Position numbers and translations under genes: made by a program. This document shows positions 1 to 9,393 of a stretch of DNA of 48,938 bases, one piece after another; the stretch's first letter is position 1; each line of letters begins with the position of its first letter. The notes beneath the pieces are model-generated. The model saw nothing but the letters and a program-made list of their open reading frames with translations. It did no database searches and had not been told where the DNA came from. Where the stretch lies: positions 1-48,938 of IMG/VR virus record IMGVR_UViG_3300038829_000024. One strand, 5' to 3'. The DNA is from a virus.

Positions 1-127
1 CTAGAACCAGAAGCACTATCGCTTGCGTATACACCACTAGTTACGTTGTCAAAGGCATTAGGTATACTAGTGTAGTCGCCAATAGTCGTTCCTGTCAAGT
101 AGGAGATAAGTACGTCAGAGCTAGTAG
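1..127. repeat. Terminal overlap, identical to 48812-48938 (circular-contig closure)
   Basis: Direct comparison of the first and last 127 bases shows they are identical. The repeat lies inside a continuous ORF. Confidence 0.9.
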
Positions 128-1046
128 ACAGAGTAAGAGTATACCCAGCGGTAGTGAGAGCATTGTAGCGATCAGCTTGGCCAACCTTAAGGATGAAGTG
201 ACCCTTAGGAGCAGGAGTATTACCTTGATTGAAAGCATCTACGTTAGCCACATCAAAGGGGTCTGTGTTACTGGCTCTAAAGAACTGTACAGCATCTGCA
301 TTGCTAGGCATAAGGCCTGCAACTACACCGGCTGCTGCGTCCCACTGACCTAAGGCACTGGTTGCGTTGGGACTACCACCAGTGATACCTCCCTGCCACC
401 AACCCTGGTTAAGCAGGTTATAGAAGTGCAGACCACCATTAGCATCAGCCTTCATAGCTGCGATGTCAGCAAATGAGGGTCTACTGTCGAGGCTAAAGTT
501 ATCTTGTACTCCAATAAAATCTCTATAATTGATAGAGATCTGAGTAGCGGAGATAGCCTCTGTGTCTACGTTGTAAGACACGTAGAAGGGTTCACATGCT
601 CTGTTAACAACGATGAGAACACCGTTGCCTTGAGAATACTGGCACCTAAACTCGACAGGGTTAAGAACAGTATCTACTGCTAAGAAAGAAACAATATTCA
701 CTGTACTAGATAGAAGGTTAGTTCCCACATCTGTTACAGAAGATACATCGTAGAAGTAGAGGGTTCCTCCCTTCTGAACAGCCAAGAAACTCTTGGTCCC
801 TAAACCAGCTACGTCAGTCCACAAGAACTCAGTATAAGCTTGAGAGACATCCCCTGAAACAGGAGAGGGCAGAGTGAACACCTCTTCGATGTCCAGACCT
901 GCCCTCTTACTCACCCGTCCTGTTTCGTCAAAGACACAGTTCACTGCATCAGTAGCAGCATTGGCTGGAAAGTTAAGCGCAGTGTTCTCAGTGATGAGAC
1001 CTGCAATAAAGTTATTCTCTACTAATGCGCCTTGGTTTCTAGCCAT
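1..1046 (-). CDS. Tail tubular protein B-like (T7 gp12-like), N-terminal 348 codons; continues in frame at 48811 across the circular junction
   Basis: ATG (rc) at 1046-1044 gives MARNQGALVENNFIAGL... and the frame stays open to base 1. The phase matches ORF 47170..48909, so the joined ORF is about 895 aa. It follows the tail-tube-A-like gene. Confidence 0.6.
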   Translation of the reverse strand, partial: MARNQGALVENNFIAGLITENTALNFPANAATDAVNCVFDETGRVSKRAGLDIEEVFTLPSPVSGDVSQAYTEFLWTDVAGLGTKSFLAVQKGGTLYFYDVSSVTDVGTNLLSSTVNIVSFLAVDTVLNPVEFRCQYSQGNGVLIVVNRACEPFYVSYNVDTEAISATQISINYRDFIGVQDNFSLDSRPSFADIAAMKADANGGLHFYNLLNQGWWQGGITGGSPNATSALGQWDAAAGVVAGLMPSNADAVQFFRASNTDPFDVANVDAFNQGNTPAPKGHFILKVGQADRYNALTTAGYTLTLSTSSDVLISYLTGTTIGDYTSIPNAFDNVTSGVYASDSASGS

Positions 1047-1057
1047 ACTCTTAACCT

Positions 1058-1363
1058 TTAGACCGCTTCTTCAAAGAACTCTGATACTGGAACTCGACGC
1101 TTACCCCCCTTGCCATCTGTCGAGAGGATGGTCTTTTCTTTAGGGATAGGCTTTGCATTCTCATACGCCTGCACTGCTTTCCACAACAGCTCAATATTAT
1201 TGTATGAGCCACGCAGATCTTCTGCTACACTACCTTCTACGTGCCAGAAACCATAAGGATCGGTGCATCGGGCCTGGTACTTACGACCATTGATAATCTT
1301 GGAACGAACACGTTGGTCACGTTCATTAAGTTCGTCGAAGAAATTGTCTTCCTTCATTAGCAT
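1058..1363 (-). CDS. Hypothetical protein (101 aa) between the tail-tube-like genes
   Basis: Track ORF, tightly packed between 1364..2125 and the ORF starting at 1046. Confidence 0.6.
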   Translation of the reverse strand: MLMKEDNFFDELNERDQRVRSKIINGRKYQARCTDPYGFWHVEGSVAEDLRGSYNNIELLWKAVQAYENAKPIPKEKTILSTDGKGGKRRVPVSEFFEEAV

Positions 1364-2125
1364 TTATCTTCCATATCTAGCGTGTTTAAATACTTCAGCA
1401 ACGTCTTCGGTCTTCCTCTTACGTTCCTGAACAATTACTTTCTGACGTCTTGCCTCACCATTGGCTTCTTGGTTAAGGGTCTGTTTAAACTCAAAGTGTG
1501 CCCTAACCTTAGCCTTCTGCAGAAGCAATGGGAATTGAGTAGGGTCTAGGTCAGGAACAAAGGTATCAGTAAGAGAGAAGACCTGATAAGTATTACCTGA
1601 ACAAAGGGTCTTAGATTTCTGCAGTGTAGTATCTATAGCACTGTCATAAGAGTCAAACAACAACTGCTGATCATCTGCTGTAGTGTAGAAGCTGGGGTGC
1701 TTGTTAGTACGAAAAAGGAATGTAAAGGTTTCTCCATTATGAGTAACAGTCATACTACTTACACCTGTCTCATCTTCTCTTAGAGACTGAGTACGGCTAA
1801 GAAAGTCACCAAAACCAATATATTCAACAGACTTATAATCAGGATAGACGTCTCCTGTTTCTCTCTTATCATACTTAACATCCCTGATCTTAGTTACGTT
1901 AGTAGGTGCTGACATCAAGCAAGGCTTTGTATTGTCACCTGATGCGTTAAGTTGAAAGAGTGTTTCATGCTCAGGCAGGTTAAGCTCGACACTCATATCG
2001 TAGAAGGTTTCACGGATCAACTCAGCAACAGCCAACGCTTCTTCAGTGTCTGTGATGGAGTTGATCTGATCGGACTCCAGGCTACGAAGAATAGCCGAAG
2101 TCATTTCATTAAGCGTGTAGCGCAT
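1364..2125 (-). CDS. Tail tubular protein A / adaptor-like (T7 gp11-like)
   Basis: 253 aa. The N-terminus LNEMTSAILRSLESDQINSITDTEEALAVAELIRETF resembles the gp11 N-terminal pattern. It lies just upstream of the gp12-like ORF. Confidence 0.5.
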   Translation of the reverse strand: MRYTLNEMTSAILRSLESDQINSITDTEEALAVAELIRETFYDMSVELNLPEHETLFQLNASGDNTKPCLMSAPTNVTKIRDVKYDKRETGDVYPDYKSVEYIGFGDFLSRTQSLREDETGVSSMTVTHNGETFTFLFRTNKHPSFYTTADDQQLLFDSYDSAIDTTLQKSKTLCSGNTYQVFSLTDTFVPDLDPTQFPLLLQKAKVRAHFEFKQTLNQEANGEARRQKVIVQERKRKTEDVAEVFKHARYGR

Positions 2126-2372
2126 CAGCTTGCCTCTTATCGTAGTTCTCTGCTAGCCTATTTAAACAAGCTGAAATAGAAACAAGCTGAGACTTGATAA
2201 CAGCCAACTCTTGTTTCATCTCTCGGAAGTCTCTAACTTCCAACTTCAACTCTTCATCTGCCTTTTCTAATTGAGAAAGCCTCGTCCATATAATACCACC
2301 AAAGGTTCCAAGAGTAACAAATTGAACACCTAGATTAACAAGGATATCGTAGTCCATTACCGGCTCCACCAA
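2109..2372 (-). CDS. Small membrane protein with coiled-coil tail (lysis accessory, spanin- or holin-like)
   Basis: 87 aa with a hydrophobic stretch ILVNLGVQFVTLGTFGGIIW followed by a charged helical tail. It overlaps both neighbours by 16-17 nt in the lysis cluster. Confidence 0.45.
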   Translation of the reverse strand: MVEPVMDYDILVNLGVQFVTLGTFGGIIWTRLSQLEKADEELKLEVRDFREMKQELAVIKSQLVSISACLNRLAENYDKRQADALHA

Positions 2373-2692
2373 TCTAAAGGATGGGTGAAGATCTGTTTCT
2401 CTTGCTTCTTTGAGGGATTATACTTTGAGGAGACACTAGGCTTCTCAATGATAGTAGGTGTCTTATCTAGGTAACCATAGAGATAGGCTATTCCTGCGAC
2501 AGTAGCAACAAAGACAAGACTAGAGCTATTATCAAGCATATCCATTGCACCGTCCCATATAGTCCTGAGATAGGCAATAAGACCATCGATAATTCCTTTA
2601 AGGATAGAGGCCACGATGGGAATAAGGTGAGGAGCAACTAAAGCAAGTACACCGTAGCTTACTAATCCTCCCCCAAGTATCCAGGATAGCAT
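2357..2692 (-). CDS. Holin-like membrane protein
   Basis: 111 aa with hydrophobic segments (WILGGGLVSYGVLALVAPHLIPIVASIL and LVFVATVAGIAYLYGYL) and a charged C-terminus. It lies directly downstream of the endolysin. Confidence 0.5.
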   Translation of the reverse strand: MLSWILGGGLVSYGVLALVAPHLIPIVASILKGIIDGLIAYLRTIWDGAMDMLDNSSSLVFVATVAGIAYLYGYLDKTPTIIEKPSVSSKYNPSKKQEKQIFTHPLDWWSR

Positions 2693-2695
2693 ATG

Positions 2696-3406
2696 TTACT
2701 CCCACTGTTTCTTGGGTTGGTAACGTCCTTCTCTGTATTCACGAATGCTCATAGACTTAAGAAGACGAAGAGACAGCCAACCAAGAGCGATAACAGAGAG
2801 TATAACGACGCCTGCATTATCACGGAGTAGGGCGAGGGCTTCATTGTAGTACGTACAGACGGCAGTGAAAGCGGCAGCTCCAACTGCATAGGCTCGTTCG
2901 AGCCAAGTCTGTGTCTTAAGCCTGCGAGAGTCATTGGTGATCTCCTTAGAAGATTTGTCAACTTCTTTTTCTTCAGGTTTAGTGAAACCAAGGAACCTAC
3001 TGCGTGGGTAGGAAACAACTGAAACACTGTTGTTCTGATTGCCACCAAGGAGCCATACGCGTTCAGCATCAAACTTAACTACATAGCCAACGTGGCCTTC
3101 CCACGAACTGTTACCACGAGACATAACACCTATGGCGAACATCTCTGGCTTCTTACCAAGACGCTTACCGTAGTTCAGGTAATCTCGCGCAAGAAGGGTA
3201 CCAGTACTGGGTTTGTTAGCTCGTGCTAGACAGGCACCTACGAATGCAGCGCACCAGGGTACTTCATCATTCTTAACCTCAGGATGGCCTGCATCTGCAT
3301 AGAGATCTAAGACATCCTTATTATTTAGTTTACCTGCTCCTTCTTTTAAACCAAGGAGCTTATAAGCTTCTTCAATATATTTAGGCCGCATTAAAGTTAA
3401 CTCCAA
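2696..3406 (-). CDS. TIGR02594-type NlpC/P60 (CHAP-like) peptidoglycan hydrolase with a hydrophobic C-terminal region (endolysin)
   Basis: Motifs DEVPWCAAFVGACL (Cys), EGHVGYVV (His) and LLGGNQNNSVS. The C-terminus carries AYAVGAAAFTAVC and GVVILSVIALGWLSLRLL. Confidence 0.8.
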   Translation of the reverse strand: MELTLMRPKYIEEAYKLLGLKEGAGKLNNKDVLDLYADAGHPEVKNDEVPWCAAFVGACLARANKPSTGTLLARDYLNYGKRLGKKPEMFAIGVMSRGNSSWEGHVGYVVKFDAERVWLLGGNQNNSVSVVSYPRSRFLGFTKPEEKEVDKSSKEITNDSRRLKTQTWLERAYAVGAAAFTAVCTYYNEALALLRDNAGVVILSVIALGWLSLRLLKSMSIREYREGRYQPKKQWE

Positions 3407-4857
3407 GCTCCAACTGTCGTGACAGTTCCAGAACCGATAGGTGAGAATTTAATAAATGAGTTGGTTCGAACAACAGCTGCTGCAGCAGTAGTAAGACCGA
3501 TAGAAGGGATCAAAGTACCAGCTGCATTGACTCGCACAACACCTCTAATGTGAGCAACTAAGTTAGTATTGACCGCTGCAACTGCAAGAGTAGGTGAGTC
3601 GTTGTCTTCTGAAAGGCCAAGTCCTCCAGCAGCAGTAGTAATGGCCGGAGCAGTGCCTGCTGCATCAAGGCCAGAGAAGATGAACTTAGTGCTGGTTAGA
3701 GTTGCAGTGCCTGCACCCAAGAGATTGAATGTTGCGTTACCAGAGGTAGCACTCATTCCAGTTACATGAAGCATAGCTTCAAAAGCATACGTAGTATCAG
3801 CCTGAAGTGTTACAGCACCGGCCGCCGTTGCATTAAACAGCTTCTGATCTGTAGTAGTACTCGTCAGAGTATAATCTGCATTAAGGATACACCACTGCTC
3901 TGCGGGAACAACTCCACGATTAGAGTCAGCTGGAGTAGCATAAAAGACCTTACCATCGTATTCAACAACACCTGTCGTTGCAGTGGTTAGGTTTGTTCCT
4001 GCAGTTAGTTTAAGGGGGTGAACAGAAGCAGTACCTGCGGCTAAGTTCAAGCTGCCTGAAGAGAATGTATAGTTACCTGCAGTATGTACTACGTTACCGT
4101 TAGTTAGAGTAAGGTTACCAGTATCTACGATAACATCACCACCAGATGAAAGTTGGATGTCTCCACTACCTGCAACAGTTAGCTTATCAGCACTGTGGGT
4201 GATTGTTACATCACCGTTATTGAAATTAATTACAGCCCCATTAGCTAGAAACAGATCACTCCAAGAAGCAGTAGCTGAACCAAGAGCACCAGCATCATTT
4301 GCAGTGGGGATGAGACCTGCGCTAAAGAGATAACCTGAAGAGGCTCCTGCAAAGGTAAGTAGATTAGCTCCGTGGGTAACAGTAACATTACCACTATCAA
4401 AATTAACTACAGCACCACTGTCAAGGAAGAGATCACTCCAATTGAGTGCACTGGTACCAAGACTGCCTACATCCGTGGTTGCCGGAGATAGGTTTGCTGA
4501 CGAGTCGATAAGAACAGCACTATAACCGATTAGTCCCGCACTTGCTACACGAAGTACTTTACTAACATCGCCGGCACCTGCGCTGGGAAGAAGAGTAGAG
4601 GTTCCATTCAACTGAGTAATATAGGCAGCGATATCTGCTACACGAAGAGGCTCAGTACTTGTTCCAGGTGCTGGAAGATTGAGGATGTTATTATTGTTCA
4701 TGTCTAAATCGGCAGACATGGAGTTGGGAGAAGAGCCATCTCGAGAAAGAGTATTCTCCATGGCCGTTTCTACAGCCGTGAAGTTATTATTGATTGTCGT
4801 AACGGCAGAAGCTTCGTTCTGCAAGTTAGACAGGTCGGATGTAGTAAGCTTAGCCAT
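3397..4857 (-). CDS. Tail fibre protein 2
   Basis: 486 aa. The N-terminal approx 75 aa (ENTLSRDGSSPNSMSADLDMNNNNILNLP) are paralogous to ORF 5890..7623. The rest is Gly/Ala/Thr/Ser-rich with internal repeats (NWSDLFLDSGAVVNF / SWSDLFLANGAVINF). Confidence 0.75.
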   Translation of the reverse strand: MAKLTTSDLSNLQNEASAVTTINNNFTAVETAMENTLSRDGSSPNSMSADLDMNNNNILNLPAPGTSTEPLRVADIAAYITQLNGTSTLLPSAGAGDVSKVLRVASAGLIGYSAVLIDSSANLSPATTDVGSLGTSALNWSDLFLDSGAVVNFDSGNVTVTHGANLLTFAGASSGYLFSAGLIPTANDAGALGSATASWSDLFLANGAVINFNNGDVTITHSADKLTVAGSGDIQLSSGGDVIVDTGNLTLTNGNVVHTAGNYTFSSGSLNLAAGTASVHPLKLTAGTNLTTATTGVVEYDGKVFYATPADSNRGVVPAEQWCILNADYTLTSTTTDQKLFNATAAGAVTLQADTTYAFEAMLHVTGMSATSGNATFNLLGAGTATLTSTKFIFSGLDAAGTAPAITTAAGGLGLSEDNDSPTLAVAAVNTNLVAHIRGVVRVNAAGTLIPSIGLTTAAAAVVRTNSFIKFSPIGSGTVTTVGAWS

Positions 4858-5414
4858 TAAAATCCGTCCGTTTCTATATCAGAAAGCATGTATGTTCTGG
4901 CCACAAAGGCCCACCCAGAAGAAGCATCCACTACATCTGCTTCATCAGTTGTTGTTAAGCTATATACAGAGCCGGTGGCTACATATCTAAAAGCGTCCAC
5001 AGATGCGTTATCAAAAAACATAGATACTACAATATCACTGGTCTTATTCCAGGCAAAGTTGCACCAGTCAGATACATTAACAGAAGAAGCTGTTGCTGTT
5101 AGAGCAGCAGACCCTGACCACAGTATTTGAGTTGGCGTTGATGCAAAATCATACGCATCTCCAGACGCTGCCTTATGTCCTATGTATGTTTTTGATATAG
5201 AACACGACCCTAGTGTAGACCCCCTAACTGTGATACGAGCCTGCGTTGGGTTGAACGTAGGGACATTCGTTGGTGTAACAACGTTACGTCTAGTGGCTAC
5301 TGCAATATTAGATCCATTAGTGTTTAACGTTACTGAAAAGATAGTACCAGTTACATCGCTTGTACTTGTGATAATCTGTGGTTTATTCATTCCTATTAAC
5401 ATTAGACAGGCCAC
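4857..5414 (-). CDS. Hypothetical virion or fibre-associated protein (185 aa)
   Basis: Track ORF lying between the two fibre genes, with beta-rich Ser/Thr composition. Confidence 0.55.
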   Translation of the reverse strand: MACLMLIGMNKPQIITSTSDVTGTIFSVTLNTNGSNIAVATRRNVVTPTNVPTFNPTQARITVRGSTLGSCSISKTYIGHKAASGDAYDFASTPTQILWSGSAALTATASSVNVSDWCNFAWNKTSDIVVSMFFDNASVDAFRYVATGSVYSLTTTDEADVVDASSGWAFVARTYMLSDIETDGF

Positions 5415-5890
5415 CTATACGACTCGTTGTAGTCGGAAGGGATTGGATCCATTTTTTTTATCACCCAAGCAGCCTCGTAAATAGATTGCACCCTTTGCGC
5501 GACCTTAGACCCAAGCTCTATCATTAAACTTGGTGTTAGGTTATACTCTACGTCGTCTGTTCCTCTGAAAATGATAGTGGCGTTGGGTTGATTTATTATT
5601 GTATAAACTATGGCTTGTGAAACTAACCCATTAATGTTTCTGAAGTCAGTCTCATTTCTAGTTTGAACAGGTATACTCAACCCAGAACTAAGAGTTATAG
5701 TAGCTCCCTCAGAAATCCTGCTGTCCCTAGCTTTCGAAACGTCTTTAGAGCTTACTGGAATTTCTCGCTTCTCTAATCCAATCTGAGAGAGCTCTTCAGT
5801 AGAAAAGATTTCATTAATGTTCTTTGGGTAAAGGATGCCATTAATACGTTCACCGAACCACTGAACATTAGTCCCGATATAGAATAGCAT
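5402..5890 (-). CDS. Hypothetical protein, possible fibre assembly or accessory factor (162 aa)
   Basis: Its start abuts the stop of fibre 1. The function is inferred from position only. Confidence 0.5.
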   Translation of the reverse strand: MLFYIGTNVQWFGERINGILYPKNINEIFSTEELSQIGLEKREIPVSSKDVSKARDSRISEGATITLSSGLSIPVQTRNETDFRNINGLVSQAIVYTIINQPNATIIFRGTDDVEYNLTPSLMIELGSKVAQRVQSIYEAAWVIKKMDPIPSDYNESYRWPV

Positions 5891-7623
5891 TATGCAAGAG
5901 CCTTTTGAATACCTGTGATAATAATAGATGTAGAGGATTGAACCCAGTAGTATAGGATATCTTTTGTGGAAGCAACAGTGCTTAGTGTAACGGCTGTTCC
6001 CCCAGCAAACTCCCAGTTAGAAGAGTAAGCTAATGTTCTACTTCCTGTAACATCTTGAGTTACCACTATACAACCAGTCTGCCCTACCTTTGTGTTAGTG
6101 GGGTTTCCTAGTGTTCTATTTCCACCAAGGGTTACAGAAAAATTTATACCAGTGCTCATATCAACAGCGATAGTGACGGCATCTGTTAAAGCTGTTAGAG
6201 CACCAGCACCCCACACCTGATCTACAACAAGCGATCTTGTTGCATCAGTGCCTGTAATATATTCGGCAGTAGTTGCAAATTCAGATCTACCTGATGTCGT
6301 GGTGCTGGCTGCTGAAATAACGGCAGTTGCCTCTGCAGCAGACAGGTTCTCGTAGGCACCGGCAACATCGTCCCACCCAAAGATAGCATTAGCGCCAGCG
6401 TCAGCAAGTGTTACAGTTCGCCCCTGGATAGACGTCAGGTTAACTAGCGTGTCAATAGCAGCTTCGATAGTTATCTCAGTTGTGGCATCCAAAGCATCAA
6501 TGTTGCTAAGAGTGGTTGTGCCTACACTATCATCAAGGATAGTTACAGCCCCAAAAGCAATCTTTCCAGACGCTGCTACTGCAAGCGTATCTGTAGTTGT
6601 GTCGAACGTAAGGGAGGTGTCTCCCTCAATGGTTGTAGCATCTGTCCATACAGCAAGCTGGTTATTAACAGGAATACCAGTATTTGATACGTTACCACCA
6701 CCAGCGGCAGTAGCCCACTTTAGACCAGTTACCTCTGCACTGTCTGCAGTAAGTACCTGACCATTGGTGCCTACGCCTAACCGGGCAGCAGTATCTGCAC
6801 CTGTGCCTACAGCAAGGTCACCTTTAGCGTCGAAGATAGTATCAGTTGCGACAGAGCCGCCTCCACCAGAAGCAGCAATAGTAATACTATCTGTGCCTGC
6901 GTTAGTTGTGATAGTAATATTAGAACCAGCAACAAGAGTCAGAGTATCTGTGGCTGAGTCTGCTACTACATCCGACTGGCCAGAAACAGAGATAGTCTGA
7001 AAGATGTTCTGGTCACCTGTATTGGTTCCAGAAGAGGTGCCTGAGAATGTACCTGATTGTGTAGCAAGGGTTCCTAGGCCAAGAGTTGTTCTCTGTGCAC
7101 TAGCATCTGCATCATCAAGAAGAGCCTTACCTGCAGTGGTAATATCACCACCCAGCTTGGCTGTGGTTACAGCACTATTGTCGATAGTCCAAACAGTGCC
7201 TGTAGAGGACACCGTAATATCCCCCTTGTCTCCATCGCTTACACCACCACCGCCACCAGTATCTGCGTCAGTTCCGTTAACCCAATTAGTGCCGTTATAT
7301 TTAAGAACCTGGTTAGTTGTAGGAGACGTAATTACAACGTCAGACAAATCATCAAGTGTTGAGACAACAGAAAGTTCAGCATCCTCAATCGCCTGATCCA
7401 GGTCTTGCTTACGAACAACATCCGTAGGATCAACTGGAGTAGGAAGGTTAAGGATCTGATTATCGTTCATGTCGAGGTCGGCCTCCATAGCATTAGGAGA
7501 TGTGCCGTCTCGACTTAGAGTATTCTCTAAGGCTGCCTCAATGGCAGAGTTATTAGTGTTGATCGTGGACGAGAAGGACGTTAAGGTCCCACCAGCCACA
7601 TCATTAAGAATAAGTTTTGCCAT
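5890..7623 (-). CDS. Tail fibre protein 1
   Basis: 577 aa. N-terminus ENTLSRDGTSPNAMEADLDMNDNQILNLP, followed by a long Gly/Thr/Ala/Ser-rich repetitive body. Confidence 0.75.
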   Translation of the reverse strand: MAKLILNDVAGGTLTSFSSTINTNNSAIEAALENTLSRDGTSPNAMEADLDMNDNQILNLPTPVDPTDVVRKQDLDQAIEDAELSVVSTLDDLSDVVITSPTTNQVLKYNGTNWVNGTDADTGGGGGVSDGDKGDITVSSTGTVWTIDNSAVTTAKLGGDITTAGKALLDDADASAQRTTLGLGTLATQSGTFSGTSSGTNTGDQNIFQTISVSGQSDVVADSATDTLTLVAGSNITITTNAGTDSITIAASGGGGSVATDTIFDAKGDLAVGTGADTAARLGVGTNGQVLTADSAEVTGLKWATAAGGGNVSNTGIPVNNQLAVWTDATTIEGDTSLTFDTTTDTLAVAASGKIAFGAVTILDDSVGTTTLSNIDALDATTEITIEAAIDTLVNLTSIQGRTVTLADAGANAIFGWDDVAGAYENLSAAEATAVISAASTTTSGRSEFATTAEYITGTDATRSLVVDQVWGAGALTALTDAVTIAVDMSTGINFSVTLGGNRTLGNPTNTKVGQTGCIVVTQDVTGSRTLAYSSNWEFAGGTAVTLSTVASTKDILYYWVQSSTSIIITGIQKALA

Positions 7624-7641
7624 TGAGGTTTACCTATCGTC

Positions 7642-7860
7642 TTACGAAGACTTCATAAGACCATGCTCCTCGAGGATATCGAGGACAGCATTGATCTTAA
7701 CACCAAGTGCATTGAGAGCAGCTTCAGCTTCCGTATCACTGAACACAGCGTTCAATGCGTGGGCAACTGATGCATCTGACACTAGAGTCTGAGCATTCCC
7801 AATAAGGGGACGATCAGTAGCATCAGCAAACAATGCATTCTGTTTAGAAGGATTAGCCAT
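7642..7860 (-). CDS. Hypothetical small protein (72 aa)
   Basis: Track ORF in the structural operon. Confidence 0.5.
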   Translation of the reverse strand: MANPSKQNALFADATDRPLIGNAQTLVSDASVAHALNAVFSDTEAEAALNALGVKINAVLDILEEHGLMKSS

Positions 7861-7878
7861 TTAAGTTACTCCCTCTAA

Positions 7879-8391
7879 TTAGCCGGTGGTCTGCGGATTG
7901 TAGTAGTAGATGCGGATGACAACTTTACCGGCCGTATAGGCGGCAGCGTTGAAAGACGCAACGAGATAGCCAGGACTAGAGGTAGTAGTGCCAACAAGGG
8001 CACCAGCGCCAGTAGAACCAACTCGCAGTACGTTCTTCTCACCAGCTGCATCGATAGCAGTCAGTGCAAGAGCGACAACGAAACCATCATCGTCAATGAG
8101 AGTAGTATGGTCAGTATCGATGAGACCGATATCAAGGGTAGCAGCACCACCGGACGTAGCCGCTGTCTCTGCAACAACCTCAATCTCTTCAATGCGAATA
8201 CCGCCAGGAAGCAGCACACCAGCCGAACCCGTCGCACCGACAATAGCGGCAGTCGAGGTAAGATCCGTGAGATCAACCTTGATCTCCGTGCACTGCAGGG
8301 CACCAAGGGTGGAATAAGTCCCACCCTTAGCCTTTGCGCCCTCTTCCTGAGCGAACTTCACAAGAAGTCCGTCAACATTAAGCCAAGTCAT
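7879..8391 (-). CDS. Ala/Gly/Thr-rich structural protein downstream of the capsid gene (possible decoration or minor capsid protein)
   Basis: 170 aa, directly after the major capsid gene. The functional guess rests on position alone. Confidence 0.45.
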   Translation of the reverse strand: MTWLNVDGLLVKFAQEEGAKAKGGTYSTLGALQCTEIKVDLTDLTSTAAIVGATGSAGVLLPGGIRIEEIEVVAETAATSGGAATLDIGLIDTDHTTLIDDDGFVVALALTAIDAAGEKNVLRVGSTGAGALVGTTTSSPGYLVASFNAAAYTAGKVVIRIYYYNPQTTG

Positions 8392-8417
8392 TATGATTAT
8401 CCTTCTGCTGTTATGGA

Positions 8418-9374
8418 TTACGAGTAGACACGAGAAGTGTCAGACAGACAGACAACCATGTTCTCAGGACGATAGAGCTTAAAGCCCCAACGTGCCGTGG
8501 TCACATACTCATCGCGCTGCAGATCCTTATTGTACGAGCTGTCAACCTTGGGGGGCTGACGAACGTGTCCAATGAGAGGGATCACATCACCAGCAGCAGA
8601 GAAGAACAGATTAGCTGCACCGTTAGTAACGGCAGTAGCAGATACAGTTTCACTGATGCTCGTGGGCAGGAACTGCGAGACATACACATCGAAGCCATAG
8701 ACAGACTTCGAGAAGCGCATACCCGAGGCCTTGAGGCCCGTAGTAACAACACCATCCCACGTCGGGTTATTGCTCATGTTGACGAGGTTCGTCAGCGTGT
8801 TCAACGTGAACTCAACGGAGGGGTGAACGATTGCAATGCGGTTCTGCATGGGGACAGCAGCCATGTCAAGTGCATGGGCAGCCTTAGCAAAGTCAGCGAT
8901 TGTGATCACCTGGTTAGTACCAGCAGCAACAAAACGATGACGTGCATTGTTAATCGTATTGGGATCCGAAGCGGTCTGGCCAGCGTTGGCCTTAGAGAAC
9001 ATATCCGTCTCCATGCGAGCCATGATAGCACGCGACTGCTTAGGCACGAAAGCGCTCTCAACTTCACTGAGATAGAACGTGTCCTGCTTCATCTTATTAG
9101 TGATGAACGTAGCAGACGACACGTAATCCGTGATCGAGAACTGGAAGTTGCCGGTATCCATTGCGGTATAACGGACAGCCTGGCCCTCATCATAGTCCTG
9201 CAACTCTGCAGTACCGATGCTGGGGATATTAATCGTATCACCATCCGGGAAATCGGAAAGCATACGAACGTAACCAAGACCCATCAGGTCGTGTTCGAGG
9301 ACGTCTTTAACTTCAGTAGACCAGACGCTCGACCGAATAAGATGGTCGTTGGTTGCAGTACTAAAACCTGACAT
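8418..9374 (-). CDS. Major capsid protein (HK97-fold type)
   Basis: 318 aa, follows the scaffold-like gene. Size, position and sequence character (MSGFSTATNDHLIRSSVWSTEVKDVL...) are typical of podoviral major capsid proteins. Confidence 0.8.
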   Translation of the reverse strand: MSGFSTATNDHLIRSSVWSTEVKDVLEHDLMGLGYVRMLSDFPDGDTINIPSIGTAELQDYDEGQAVRYTAMDTGNFQFSITDYVSSATFITNKMKQDTFYLSEVESAFVPKQSRAIMARMETDMFSKANAGQTASDPNTINNARHRFVAAGTNQVITIADFAKAAHALDMAAVPMQNRIAIVHPSVEFTLNTLTNLVNMSNNPTWDGVVTTGLKASGMRFSKSVYGFDVYVSQFLPTSISETVSATAVTNGAANLFFSAAGDVIPLIGHVRQPPKVDSSYNKDLQRDEYVTTARWGFKLYRPENMVVCLSDTSRVYS

Positions 9375-9393
9375 GGTTTAGTAGTTCCTATAA

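Noticed and set aside
1-127. 127-bp direct terminal repeat as the phage's physical DTR
   Set aside because: The repeat lies inside a continuous tail-tube-B-like ORF that reads in frame across the junction, and its length matches a common assembler k-mer. It is treated as a circularisation artefact.
2749-3072. 107-aa minus-strand ORF overlapping the endolysin gene in another frame
   Set aside because: It lies entirely within the well-supported hydrolase ORF, and its translation is low-complexity and Leu/Ser/Arg-rich.
8565-9371. 268-aa plus-strand ORF covering almost the whole capsid gene, and similar antisense ORFs (6449-7396, 7988-8427, 9512-10192, 16642-17095, 26038-26400, 32439-32900)
   Set aside because: They lie antisense to, or out of frame with, genes that have strong motif or positional support. 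They have low-complexity Ser/Arg/Val-rich translations and no RBS context. They are shadow ORFs of GC-richer coding regions.
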